Positions 56,130 through 64,000 of a stretch of DNA of 64,000 nucleotides are shown here, in pieces. Origin of the DNA: an uncultured Methanomassiliicoccales archaeon. Lineage in GTDB: Archaea > Thermoplasmatota > Thermoplasmata > Methanomassiliicoccales > Methanomethylophilaceae. The notes beneath the pieces are model-generated. The model was not told the origin of the DNA. It did not search any database and saw nothing but the letters and a program-made list of their open reading frames with translations. Positions within the stretch are counted from its first letter, which is position 1. Each line of letters starts with the position of its first letter. Both the position numbers and the translations under genes were made by a program. Location: positions 6,450 through 70,449 of the forward strand of contig CAUFXM010000007.1 of assembly GCA_959597175.1 (NCBI GenBank). Reading direction: 5' to 3'.

Positions 56130-56437
56130 ACCCGCTGTAGCATCCGGCATCGTCACCGCAGCCGGAACGTACTGGAACCGGTTCCATGCCCATGCCGATG
56201 ACTGGGGCGACGGAATTTGCCGGTTCTCTAGGACGACGTCCCCGGGGCGTCTCCTGGACGCATAATCCCACATTCCCTTGTGCGAACCATGTTCTTGGTT
56301 ATGCCTTCGATTTCCTGACTGCACTTATGCATATGCTGTGCGCAGGAGGATGAATCCAGGAACAGATTCGGTGGAAAACAAGGGAAGGGGAATCCCCCCG
56401 GAGGGGGTAAGGGGTTTCGCGATTGGGATTATCCCGC

Positions 56438-57475
56438 TTATGCCAGGCTCTTGATGGCCTTGACGAGGGCTTCCATGTTGGCGTCGGGGGTAGCGACGGC
56501 GATTCCGCATCCGGAGGAGATGACGTTGAATCCAGCGGCGGCGGACCTCTTGGCGGCGACCTCGACCTCCTCAGGGGTTCCCTGGAACAGGGGCCTGACG
56601 GATCCGACGTTTCCGACCAGGACGGTCTTTCCGCCGATCTTCTCGCATGCCTTCTCGGGCTCGACCTTCTCCTCGATGGAGATTCCGGTGACGCCAGTGG
56701 CGGCCATCTGGTCCAGGATGGGGTAGGTGTCTCCGCAGATGTGGAGAACGGTGTACTTGCCCTCCTTGGGCTTCAGGGCGGTCTTGACGTGCTTTCCAGC
56801 GGCCATCTCGAACATGTCGGGAGCGAGCATGTCGGTGGATCCGGAAGGCTCGGAGCACTGGACGACATCCGCACCGGCGTCCATCAGGGCGTGGGTGTAA
56901 GCGGTGACGATGGGGTTGACAGCCTCGACCCACTTGTCGACCTCCTCGGGGCACATCATCATTCCGAAGACCAGGTTCTCGGTGTTGACGAGGTTTCCGG
57001 TCAGGGTGAAGGGACCGGTGTTACCGGCGACGATGGCGTAGTTCTCGCCGTGGGACTTGGCCAGGAGCTCCATGGCCTTGATGGCCTCGGCGGGCCTGCC
57101 GCCCTGGATGAACTCCTCGGGGGACATCAGGTTGGCGGGGTCGTCGTACTCGCTCATCATGGGGTCGAACTTGAAGGGGTGGGCCTTGATCATGGGGGCG
57201 GCGTCCTTCTTCTCGACCTGGACGGTGGCTCCGAGCCTCTCGGACTCAGCGGTCAGGCAGAAGGGGGCCCTCACGCACTCGAATCCGAAGACATCGGCCT
57301 GGGCGGCACCCAGCTTGGCCATGAGCTCAGCGTTCTTGTGGGCCTCGGGCCAGGCGGCTCCGACCTTCTCCATCTGTCCGAGGGTGGCGGACTGGGTGAA
57401 GATGGCCACGGGGGGCCTGTCCAGGGATTCCTGTTTCATCGCTGCGAGTACTCTGTCTCTAGGAGTCATTGTCAT
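56438..57475 (-). CDS. methylcobamide:CoM methyltransferase (MtaA/MtbA family, URO-D fold)
   Basis: ATG 57475 (MTMTPRDRVLAAMK); PFTL..., HICGDT motifs; cannot distinguish MtaA from MtbA. Confidence 0.75.
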   Translation of the reverse strand: MTMTPRDRVLAAMKQESLDRPPVAIFTQSATLGQMEKVGAAWPEAHKNAELMAKLGAAQADVFGFECVRAPFCLTAESERLGATVQVEKKDAAPMIKAHPFKFDPMMSEYDDPANLMSPEEFIQGGRPAEAIKAMELLAKSHGENYAIVAGNTGPFTLTGNLVNTENLVFGMMMCPEEVDKWVEAVNPIVTAYTHALMDAGADVVQCSEPSGSTDMLAPDMFEMAAGKHVKTALKPKEGKYTVLHICGDTYPILDQMAATGVTGISIEEKVEPEKACEKIGGKTVLVGNVGSVRPLFQGTPEEVEVAAKRSAAAGFNVISSGCGIAVATPDANMEALVKAIKSLA

Positions 57476-57612
57476 TTTGATTATCTCCTTGAGTGTTGGC
57501 AACGCCTTCACCTTATTTAATATTACTATGATTGTTCTGCGCATGGGCTTCTAGTCGCGTGCGCGCGTGCGTAATAATGGTCAGGATTTCTGGACCGTCT
57601 CCGAGGGGGCTT

Positions 57613-58335
57613 TCAGAGGACGACGTCGGAGACGTCCCTCAGGGTCCCGAGGTCCAGAAGCCCCATGTCGGTGACGCCGTACAGCTCCGCAGACGCGAAG
57701 TCCGACGATCTCAGCGCAGGGGCCATGACGCATTTGTCGTCCAGGACCAGGTCGTTGCCGGACGAGTAGGGGCTGAACGGAGGGAGCACGATGACGCCCT
57801 CTTTCCTGGCATGGACGAAGCACTGGATCTTCATGCCGCCGCCCACGGAGCCGGGGATCCTTACCGACGGGTGCTCGTGACCGATGATGACGGGCCTCAC
57901 GCCCGAATCGACGTGTCCGTGCTCAAGCCTGTACCCCATGATGTCGACATGGTCCACGGCCAGGATGCCCAGGTCCCCCACGATGTTCTGGATGTAGTTG
58001 TCGTGGTTCCCCTTGATGACCACGGTCTCAGCGGCCTCGGATATCAGGCCCACGATCTTCCGGACCTCGCTCTTCTCCTCGAATCCCGCCCTCTTGAAGT
58101 CGTGTTTGACGTCCCCCAGGAGGACGACCCTCTCAGGCTCGTATCTGCAGAGGATCTCGTTTAGGGAGTCGCGGATGGATTGGGTGTTGGTGCGCGGGAG
58201 GTACATCCCCTCCTGCTCCAACGCGCGCTCGTATCCGAGGTGGAGGTCACCCAGGACGACAGTCGGGCCCTCGTCCAGAACCAGGCATCTGTCGCTGGTG
58301 ATGCGGACTCCGGGTAGGATCTCCTTCTGCCTCAT
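57613..58335 (-). CDS. calcineurin-like metallophosphoesterase (archaeal SbcD/Mre11-related group)
   Basis: ATG 58335; GDLHLG, LLGDVKHDF, GNHD, GHEH motifs. Confidence 0.75.
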   Translation of the reverse strand: MRQKEILPGVRITSDRCLVLDEGPTVVLGDLHLGYERALEQEGMYLPRTNTQSIRDSLNEILCRYEPERVVLLGDVKHDFKRAGFEEKSEVRKIVGLISEAAETVVIKGNHDNYIQNIVGDLGILAVDHVDIMGYRLEHGHVDSGVRPVIIGHEHPSVRIPGSVGGGMKIQCFVHARKEGVIVLPPFSPYSSGNDLVLDDKCVMAPALRSSDFASAELYGVTDMGLLDLGTLRDVSDVVL

Positions 58336-58412
58336 GATCAGTGTGAAGATGGTTTTGGAGAAAAATGTGCCGTCGTCCCGGATGGCAAGCGGTCGGGACG
58401 CGGCGGTTCGGT

Positions 58413-58517
58413 TCAGTTCCCGGAGCCTGACGGTCTCTCGACGGGCTGTCCGCAGGACGGGCACATCGAGAACGGATACAGCGCGGGAATCTCCTTTCCG
58501 CAGTAGGTGCATCTCAT
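58413..58517 (-). CDS. possible 34-aa zinc-ribbon peptide
   Basis: MRCTYCGKEIPALYPFSMCPSCGQPVERPSGSGN; GC3-rich codons; upstream of the phosphoesterase gene. Confidence 0.3.
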   Translation of the reverse strand: MRCTYCGKEIPALYPFSMCPSCGQPVERPSGSGN

Positions 58518-58720
58518 GAAGTCGAGGAAGCCGAGTGCGGTTAAAAGGGGTTCCGAGTTACCCGACGGGACATAAACAACCATTGCGGAAGTTGGATGCC
58601 GGGCCCATTCCGAGGCTGGCACTGAGAACCCATCCAACCCCGATCCGCGTAGGTTGCCGGGAACATCCCCCTGTTCGGTGGGAAGCTTAATGACCGGGCC
58701 GGGGATACACGTGGGAGTCC

Positions 58721-59482
58721 ATGATCACGCACACTTTCCAGCTCCTGCCCTCCGTGGGCGCCAAGAAGGAGAGGGCCATCTGGGAGACGGGGGTCCTGTC
58801 CTGGGACGATTTCCTTTCCGCGGACTCCGTGGGGACGATGAGGCAGGAGGCGAAAGAGCGCGGCGACATCCTGCTGGCACAGGCATCCGAGCTGCTGGAC
58901 GACGGGGACTCGCGCAGCCTGGCGGACATGCTCCCGAGAGGGGAGCAGTGGAGGATGTACAGGAGGTTCCGTGACGATGCAGTCTATCTCGACATAGAGA
59001 CCGACGGTCTCAGCAGGGACTCGCTGGTGACGGTGGTGACCGTCCACGGGAGGGGAGACACCGTCACGCTCACGGAAGGAATAGACCTGTCGCCGGAGAC
59101 CCTGTCCGCCGCCGTGGAGGGGGCGTCGATGATGGTCACGTTCAACGGCAGCTGCTTCGACGTGCCAGTGCTGAGGAACAGCTTCCCGGAGGTGGATCTG
59201 GACATACCGCAGTTCGACCTCCGCTTCGCGGCGAGGAAGGTGGGATACAGAGGGGGCCTCAAGCCGTTGGAGATCGAGATGGGCATAACCAGGGCCGAGG
59301 ACATCGAGGGCGTGGACGGGGCGGACGCCGTGCGCCTGTGGAAGCAATGGGAGAGGCACGGGGACAGGGACGCGCTGGATATCCTGACCGAGTACAATCG
59401 CGCCGACACCGTGAATCTGGAGACCATCGCCGACAGGATATACGACAGACTGGTGAGGGAGCATGCCGGCTTCCGCTGGTGA
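58721..59482 (+). CDS. RNase H-fold exonuclease-like protein (YprB/COG3359-like)
   Basis: VYLDIETDGL, FNGSCFDVPVL, ...YNRADT acidic exonuclease-like motifs. Confidence 0.65.
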   Translation: MITHTFQLLPSVGAKKERAIWETGVLSWDDFLSADSVGTMRQEAKERGDILLAQASELLDDGDSRSLADMLPRGEQWRMYRRFRDDAVYLDIETDGLSRDSLVTVVTVHGRGDTVTLTEGIDLSPETLSAAVEGASMMVTFNGSCFDVPVLRNSFPEVDLDIPQFDLRFAARKVGYRGGLKPLEIEMGITRAEDIEGVDGADAVRLWKQWERHGDRDALDILTEYNRADTVNLETIADRIYDRLVREHAGFRW

Positions 59483-60875
59483 CCTCCGCAGGATGCAGAG
59501 GGACCTGGAGGCTGCCGCGTCGATGCTCCGGGGAGCGTCCAGCATTTCCATCGTGACCCACATAGATGCGGACGGGATCTCGGCCGGGGCGATAGCGGAC
59601 ATCACCTGCGAGAGGCTCGGCGTAGAACGCACCGTCAGGTTCGAGAAGAAGATCACCGACGAGGTCGTGGGGGAGATCAACTCGGACGGTGCCGACCTGG
59701 TTTGGATCTGCGACCTCGGAAGCGGGTACCTGTCCCAGTTCGACAGGGACGGGATGGTCGTCACAGACCACCATGTCCCGGATCCCAGATGGAGGAGGAA
59801 GCAGACCCTCCTCGACTCTTTCGCGGGACTCATCCACATAAATCCGCACTGCTACGGGATGGACGGGTCCTACGAGGTGTGCGGAGCGGGCATGACATAC
59901 TTCCTGTCCAAGACCGTTGATCCGGCCAACATCGACCTCGCCTTCCTGGCTGTGGTGGGCGCGGTGGGCGACTTCCAGGACTCGAACCATTCTGGGCTCA
60001 CCGGGCTAAACCGCACGGTGATACAGGATGCGGTCGCGTGCGGGTCGATGACCGTGGACCGTGACCTGAGGTTCTTCGGGAGGGACACGCGTCCGATAAA
60101 CCAGTACCTCCAGTTCGCCAGCGACCCGTCCATCCCCGGACTGAGCGATAGCCCCTCGGCCTGTCTGGAATTCCTGGATGCTGTCGGGATCAAGGGCAAG
60201 TCGGGAGGCAGATGGAGGACATGGGACGATCTGACGGACGATGAGAGGGAGAGGGCAACGGACGCCATCCTCTCGAGGTTCCCGGAGGACCAGAGGGATC
60301 GGGCGTTCGGAGAGATGTACACCTTCCCCGACAAGCCGAAGGGCACCGGACTCAGGGATGCCAAGGAGTTCGCCACCGTCCTGAACTCCTGCGGCCGCTA
60401 CGACGATGCGGTCACCGGCCTGAGGATCTGCCGCGGGGACATGACCGCCATGGCGGACGCCGAGAGGAACAGGGCCGATCACAGGAGGCACATATCGTCG
60501 GCCATGTCATACATCCGGGACAACCACCTCCTGAGGGAGAGGCGCTTCATCCAGTGGTTCGACGCCGGGTCGGAGATAAAGGAGACCGTGGTTGGGATAG
60601 TGGCGGGGATGATACTCAGCTCCCCGGAGTGCGTCCGCAAGGTGCCGATCATTGCGTTCGCGGACTCGGACGACGGGGTGAAGGTCTCCGCCAGGGCGGA
60701 CAGGGGTCTGGTGGACCGGGGTCTGAACCTCTCCGATGTGATGAAGACCGCCGCCGAACTGGTGGGCGGGACCGGCGGGGGGCACTCCATAGCCGCAGGG
60801 GCGACCATTCCGCCGGACAGAAAGGAGGAGTTCCTCGACATCGTGGAGGATCTGGTCTCCTCGCAGGTGGAGTAA
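59463..60875 (+). CDS. DHH-family phosphoesterase, archaeal RecJ/GAN-like
   Basis: THIDADGISAG, CDLGSG, VTDHH, GGGHSIAAG motifs; 20-nt overlap with upstream gene. Confidence 0.75.
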   Translation: MPASAGDLRRMQRDLEAAASMLRGASSISIVTHIDADGISAGAIADITCERLGVERTVRFEKKITDEVVGEINSDGADLVWICDLGSGYLSQFDRDGMVVTDHHVPDPRWRRKQTLLDSFAGLIHINPHCYGMDGSYEVCGAGMTYFLSKTVDPANIDLAFLAVVGAVGDFQDSNHSGLTGLNRTVIQDAVACGSMTVDRDLRFFGRDTRPINQYLQFASDPSIPGLSDSPSACLEFLDAVGIKGKSGGRWRTWDDLTDDERERATDAILSRFPEDQRDRAFGEMYTFPDKPKGTGLRDAKEFATVLNSCGRYDDAVTGLRICRGDMTAMADAERNRADHRRHISSAMSYIRDNHLLRERRFIQWFDAGSEIKETVVGIVAGMILSSPECVRKVPIIAFADSDDGVKVSARADRGLVDRGLNLSDVMKTAAELVGGTGGGHSIAAGATIPPDRKEEFLDIVEDLVSSQVE

Positions 60876-61105
60876 TCCCCTCAGGAACACAACAATCTAC
60901 CAGTATTCGGGTATCCTAACGATCCAAGGGTTCTATGGATTGTGAAAACACAACTTGACGACATGTTAGCCAGATATCCAACGTAGGGATCATTCCAGGC
61001 GTTAGGTCAGATTAAAATTATCTCGGTAATTTCAGAGGTTCCTAACTCAAAAATCGGTATATTTTAATACCGTTCGGAAAAATCATTGAATCAGAGGTAA
61101 TTGAA

Positions 61106-61270
61106 ATGACCACAATCAATGCTTCCGAGTGTGTCGCATGCGGTGCATGCGTGGATGTCTGCCCCGAGAACGCCATCACCTGCGAGGATGTCGCCATCAT
61201 CGACACCTCCAAGTGCAGCAACTGCGGAGCCTGCATCGACGAGTGCCCCTCCAGCTGCATCTCCGCATGA
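61106..61270 (+). CDS. 54-aa 2x[4Fe-4S] ferredoxin (below ORF-track cutoff)
   Basis: MTTINASECVACGACVDVCPENAITCEDVAIIDTSKCSNCGACIDECPSSCISA; followed by ccgcgga..tccgcgg hairpin. Confidence 0.8.
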   Translation: MTTINASECVACGACVDVCPENAITCEDVAIIDTSKCSNCGACIDECPSSCISA

Positions 61271-61483
61271 TCGGCTATGTCCGCGGATTGAAGACTCCGC
61301 GGGCGAAACCTCCTTGTATAAACCCCTTAGTCATCCTCTTTTGCCCTTCTGGATTGGGTCAGACGTTCCCCATCATCCCAATCCACAGTCAATCGACGGA
61401 GCATCACCCCGGAAACGGCTTGTATACGATTACTAAAATGTTATTAAGAGCCAGGTCATTTACTAGCCAATGGGAGGCGAACC

Positions 61484-62635
61484 ATGGAGTACACTCTGAT
61501 GCACAAGAACGTCGAGGTGGCGGATGTCGGGATCGACGGCACTGGGACCGTGACGAAGGTCGGTAACGTCAGAGCGATTTCCCATATGCCGGTTGGAACC
61601 GTCGTCGGAGGGTTCGCCGACGGTGTCCGCTTCAGGGATTGGTGGGCATCCAGGTCCATCCCGGCCAGCCGTGAGGGCATCCGCGATTTGCTCAATCAGC
61701 TGGACATCACGGACTCCAAGGCGCTGCTGACGAGATCCATGGGTCTGAGCCTCTCCGACCACTACTGGATAAGACCCGCCGGATCCGAAGTGGCGTGGGA
61801 GAGGGTGAACTTCTTCGACAACCACTTCTCGGACGACATCGGAGACATGCTGTTCGGGAAGGTCATCGAGGGGGGCGAGATGGATCTCTCCTCGCCTGAC
61901 AACACCTCGGACGGCGTCCTGAGAAAGAGATGGAAGATCGTAGGTGGCGTCCGCTGTCTCGTCAAAGGCGGGACTGGCACGGAGAGGCAGGAGCCATTCA
62001 ACGAGGTCTTGGCCTCGGAGCTGATGGAGGCTCTGGAGATAGAGCATGTCGGATACACCCTGGAATGGATCTCCGACCGTCCCTACAGCGTCTGCGAGGA
62101 CTTCATCGACACCGGGACGGAACTGGTCAGCGCATACAGGGTGATTATCTCGAGCAAGCGCCGCAACGACGTATCCCTGTACGACCACTACGTCGGATGC
62201 TGTGCCGAATTCGGCATCGATGTCGTCCCGGCCTTGGACAGGATGATGGTGCTGGATTACATCATAGGCAACGGAGACAGGCACACGAACAATTTCGGCC
62301 TGATACGCGACGCGGACACGTTGGAGTGGCTTCGCCCTGCGCCGGTGTTCGACAGCGGCACATCCCTCGGATGCGGGCTCCGCCCGGACGAGATCCCGCA
62401 CCAGGCGGGTGTATCCTGCAAGCCCTTCATGAAGACGTTCAGGGAGCAGATCGAGCTGGTGACGTCCTTCGACTGGATCGATTTCGGGGCTCTGAGGGAT
62501 GCGATCCCCTCGCCGGAGCACATCATCGACATCTCGCGCGGGACCATCGACGTCCACAGGGCCGAGGCCATCTCCTCCTTCGTGGGATCCAGGGTGGACT
62601 CTCTTTCGGCCATCACCGGTAGGTCCGGACGCTGA
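61484..62635 (+). CDS. HipA-like Ser/Thr kinase domain protein (no adjacent HipB/HTH gene)
   Basis: SLSDHYWIRP, NEVLASELMEAL, LDYIIGNGDRHTNNFGLI (catalytic-loop-like), VFDSGTSL. Confidence 0.7.
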   Translation: MEYTLMHKNVEVADVGIDGTGTVTKVGNVRAISHMPVGTVVGGFADGVRFRDWWASRSIPASREGIRDLLNQLDITDSKALLTRSMGLSLSDHYWIRPAGSEVAWERVNFFDNHFSDDIGDMLFGKVIEGGEMDLSSPDNTSDGVLRKRWKIVGGVRCLVKGGTGTERQEPFNEVLASELMEALEIEHVGYTLEWISDRPYSVCEDFIDTGTELVSAYRVIISSKRRNDVSLYDHYVGCCAEFGIDVVPALDRMMVLDYIIGNGDRHTNNFGLIRDADTLEWLRPAPVFDSGTSLGCGLRPDEIPHQAGVSCKPFMKTFREQIELVTSFDWIDFGALRDAIPSPEHIIDISRGTIDVHRAEAISSFVGSRVDSLSAITGRSGR

Positions 62636-62904
62636 TGACCGATGGGTGTCAGAGGCGGTGGGCGTTCAGAGGAGCTGTCCCGGGAATTCAGTGTACGGCC
62701 TCGGGAAATGCCGAGCCGGTTATCCAACCAGTATTCGGGGAACGGTGGCGAGCTTGTTCTGTATCGCGGGTATACGAACATGAGTGGCACAGGGCTTCGC
62801 AATCGGGGCTCCATTATTCCGATAGGTTTGGCTAGTTCTCACGCATAGCCGGCAGGTCGTGAGGAATCCCGTCCCCCGAGAGGGACGGTAAGCGGTTTGT
62901 CGGT

Positions 62905-64000
62905 TCAGATGGCCCAGTCCTCGGACATCCTCTGCAGGCGGACCATGTGGTCGAACGTCCCACCCTCGGCCCTGAGGTCCTCCGGACGTCCCTGCTCCTC
63001 CGCCTTCCCGTCCTTGAGCACGACGACCTTGTCGGCGTCCTCGATGGTCCTCATCCTGTGGGCCACGATGAGCACCGTCTTGTCCCTGACCAGGGTGGAC
63101 AGCGCCTGCTGTACCTGTGTCTCGCACTCGGTATCCAGGGAGGCGGTGGCCTCGTCCAGCAGGATGATCGGCGCGTCCTTCAGGATCGCCCTGGCGATGG
63201 AGATCCTCTGCCTCTCCCCGCCTGACAGCTTCGCCCCGTTCTCGCCTATGACGGTGTCGTACCCCTCGGGGAGTTCCGACACGAAGTCATCGCATTGGGC
63301 GGCCTTCGCGGCGGCCAACACCTCCTCGTCGGTGGCGTTCCTCCTTCCGATGCGGATGTTGTCCCTCACGGTTGTGTTGAACAGGGTCACGTCCTGGAAC
63401 ACGATGGAGTAGCAGGACAGCAGCACCTCCGGGTCGACGGTGGACACGTCCACCCCTCCGACGGTTATCCTCCCGGAGTCCACGTCCCAGAACCTCGCCG
63501 CCAGCTTCGCGGCGGTGGTCTTCCCTTCACCGGACGGGCCGATCAGGGCGGTGACCTCTCCCTGCCTCGCGGTGAAAGACACGCCGTCCAGGACCTTCGC
63601 GTTTCCGTCGTAGGAGAACCTGACGTCGTCGAACATGATGTCGTAGCCATCCGGGTGGAAGTCCTCGCTGCCGGTTTGCATGGGCTGGTCCTCGATCTCC
63701 TGCATCCTCTCCATGTTGTACTCGGCGGATATCATGGCGGCCAGGTTCTGGAGGGCCATGGTCATGGGGTCGTACAGCCTGGATATCAGTATCAGGAACA
63801 CGATGAACGTGAATACGTCGATGCCGCCGTTGGCCAGCAGGTACCCTCCTGCCACGGCGGTGGTGACGATGCCGAACTTCAGAACGAGCTGCGCGGAGAC
63901 CACGAAGATCGCGACCATGTACTCGGACTTGATCTCGCTGCTCTCTACATCGTCCATCTTCGCGAACAGTCCGTCCAGGTACCTCTTCGAGGCGTTATTG
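62905..64000 (-). CDS. ABC transporter, fused permease/ATP-binding (MsbA-like); 5' end outside window
   Basis: GPSGEGKTT Walker A, LSGGERQRISIARA signature, ILLDEATSALD Walker B; frame remains open to nt 64000. Confidence 0.9.
   Translation of the reverse strand, partial: NNASKRYLDGLFAKMDDVESSEIKSEYMVAIFVVSAQLVLKFGIVTTAVAGGYLLANGGIDVFTFIVFLILISRLYDPMTMALQNLAAMISAEYNMERMQEIEDQPMQTGSEDFHPDGYDIMFDDVRFSYDGNAKVLDGVSFTARQGEVTALIGPSGEGKTTAAKLAARFWDVDSGRITVGGVDVSTVDPEVLLSCYSIVFQDVTLFNTTVRDNIRIGRRNATDEEVLAAAKAAQCDDFVSELPEGYDTVIGENGAKLSGGERQRISIARAILKDAPIILLDEATASLDTECETQVQQALSTLVRDKTVLIVAHRMRTIEDADKVVVLKDGKAEEQGRPEDLRAEGGTFDHMVRLQRMSEDWAI

Noticed and set aside
60900-62739. Exact 12-mer ccagtattcggg at 60900..60911 and 62728..62739, flanking the ferredoxin/HipA-like pocket (possible att-like direct repeat).
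   Set aside because: A 12-nt match is expected many times by chance within 64 kb. The flanks do not extend the match, and there is no integrase or tRNA at the borders.
1-64000. Looked for CRISPR arrays, transposases, integrases and long direct or inverted repeats.
   Set aside because: I saw no regularly spaced repeats and no recognisable transposase or integrase motifs. Only short hairpins and operator-like palindromes were found.

Overview
High-GC (about 60%) archaeal chromosomal segment. Coordinates are 1-based and CDS ends include the stop codon. All functional calls come from motifs I recognise by eye; no profile search was run.

The lineage looks like a methyl-reducing Thermoplasmata/Methanomassiliicoccales-type methanogen. 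This is an inference from ArcS, RtcB, archaeal-type GlyRS, DRG GTPase, an HdrD-like Fe-S protein, an MtaA/MtbA-type methyltransferase and a stand-alone 5S rRNA gene.

Most of the window is housekeeping:
- porGDAB, pyrBI and argF
- thrS, hisS and glyS
- rtcB, arcS, rarA and a recJ-like gene
- tRNA-His, tRNA-Gly and tRNA-Ile
- transporters, CBS proteins and aldo/keto reductases

Main observations:
1. A tightly coupled five-ORF cassette on the minus strand (24330..30706) encodes a TerB-N/TerB-C-like protein, a DUF2791-type ATPase, an Lhr-like DExH helicase and one unknown ORF. It resembles the bacterial Shango (SngABC) anti-phage system but has a duplicated TerB-N module, a split TerB-C and an extra gene.
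2. TAG is never used as a clear terminator in about 65 CDS. Stops are about 57 TGA and 7 TAA. The only two TAGs at ORF ends sit in frame inside proteins that look contiguous by homology: the TerB-N/TerB-C protein at 28733..28735 and a LysR regulator at 53979..53981. This fits an amber-decoding (pyrrolysine) lineage or programmed read-through.
3. Smaller items include:
- an orphan Phd/YefM antitoxin beside a 27% GC island
- a solitary HipA-like kinase
- a TetR ORF with no stop codon that runs antisense through the neighbouring transporter gene
- tandem palindromic operators
- two 54-aa ferredoxin genes below the ORF-track cutoff

No CRISPR array, transposase or integrase was seen.
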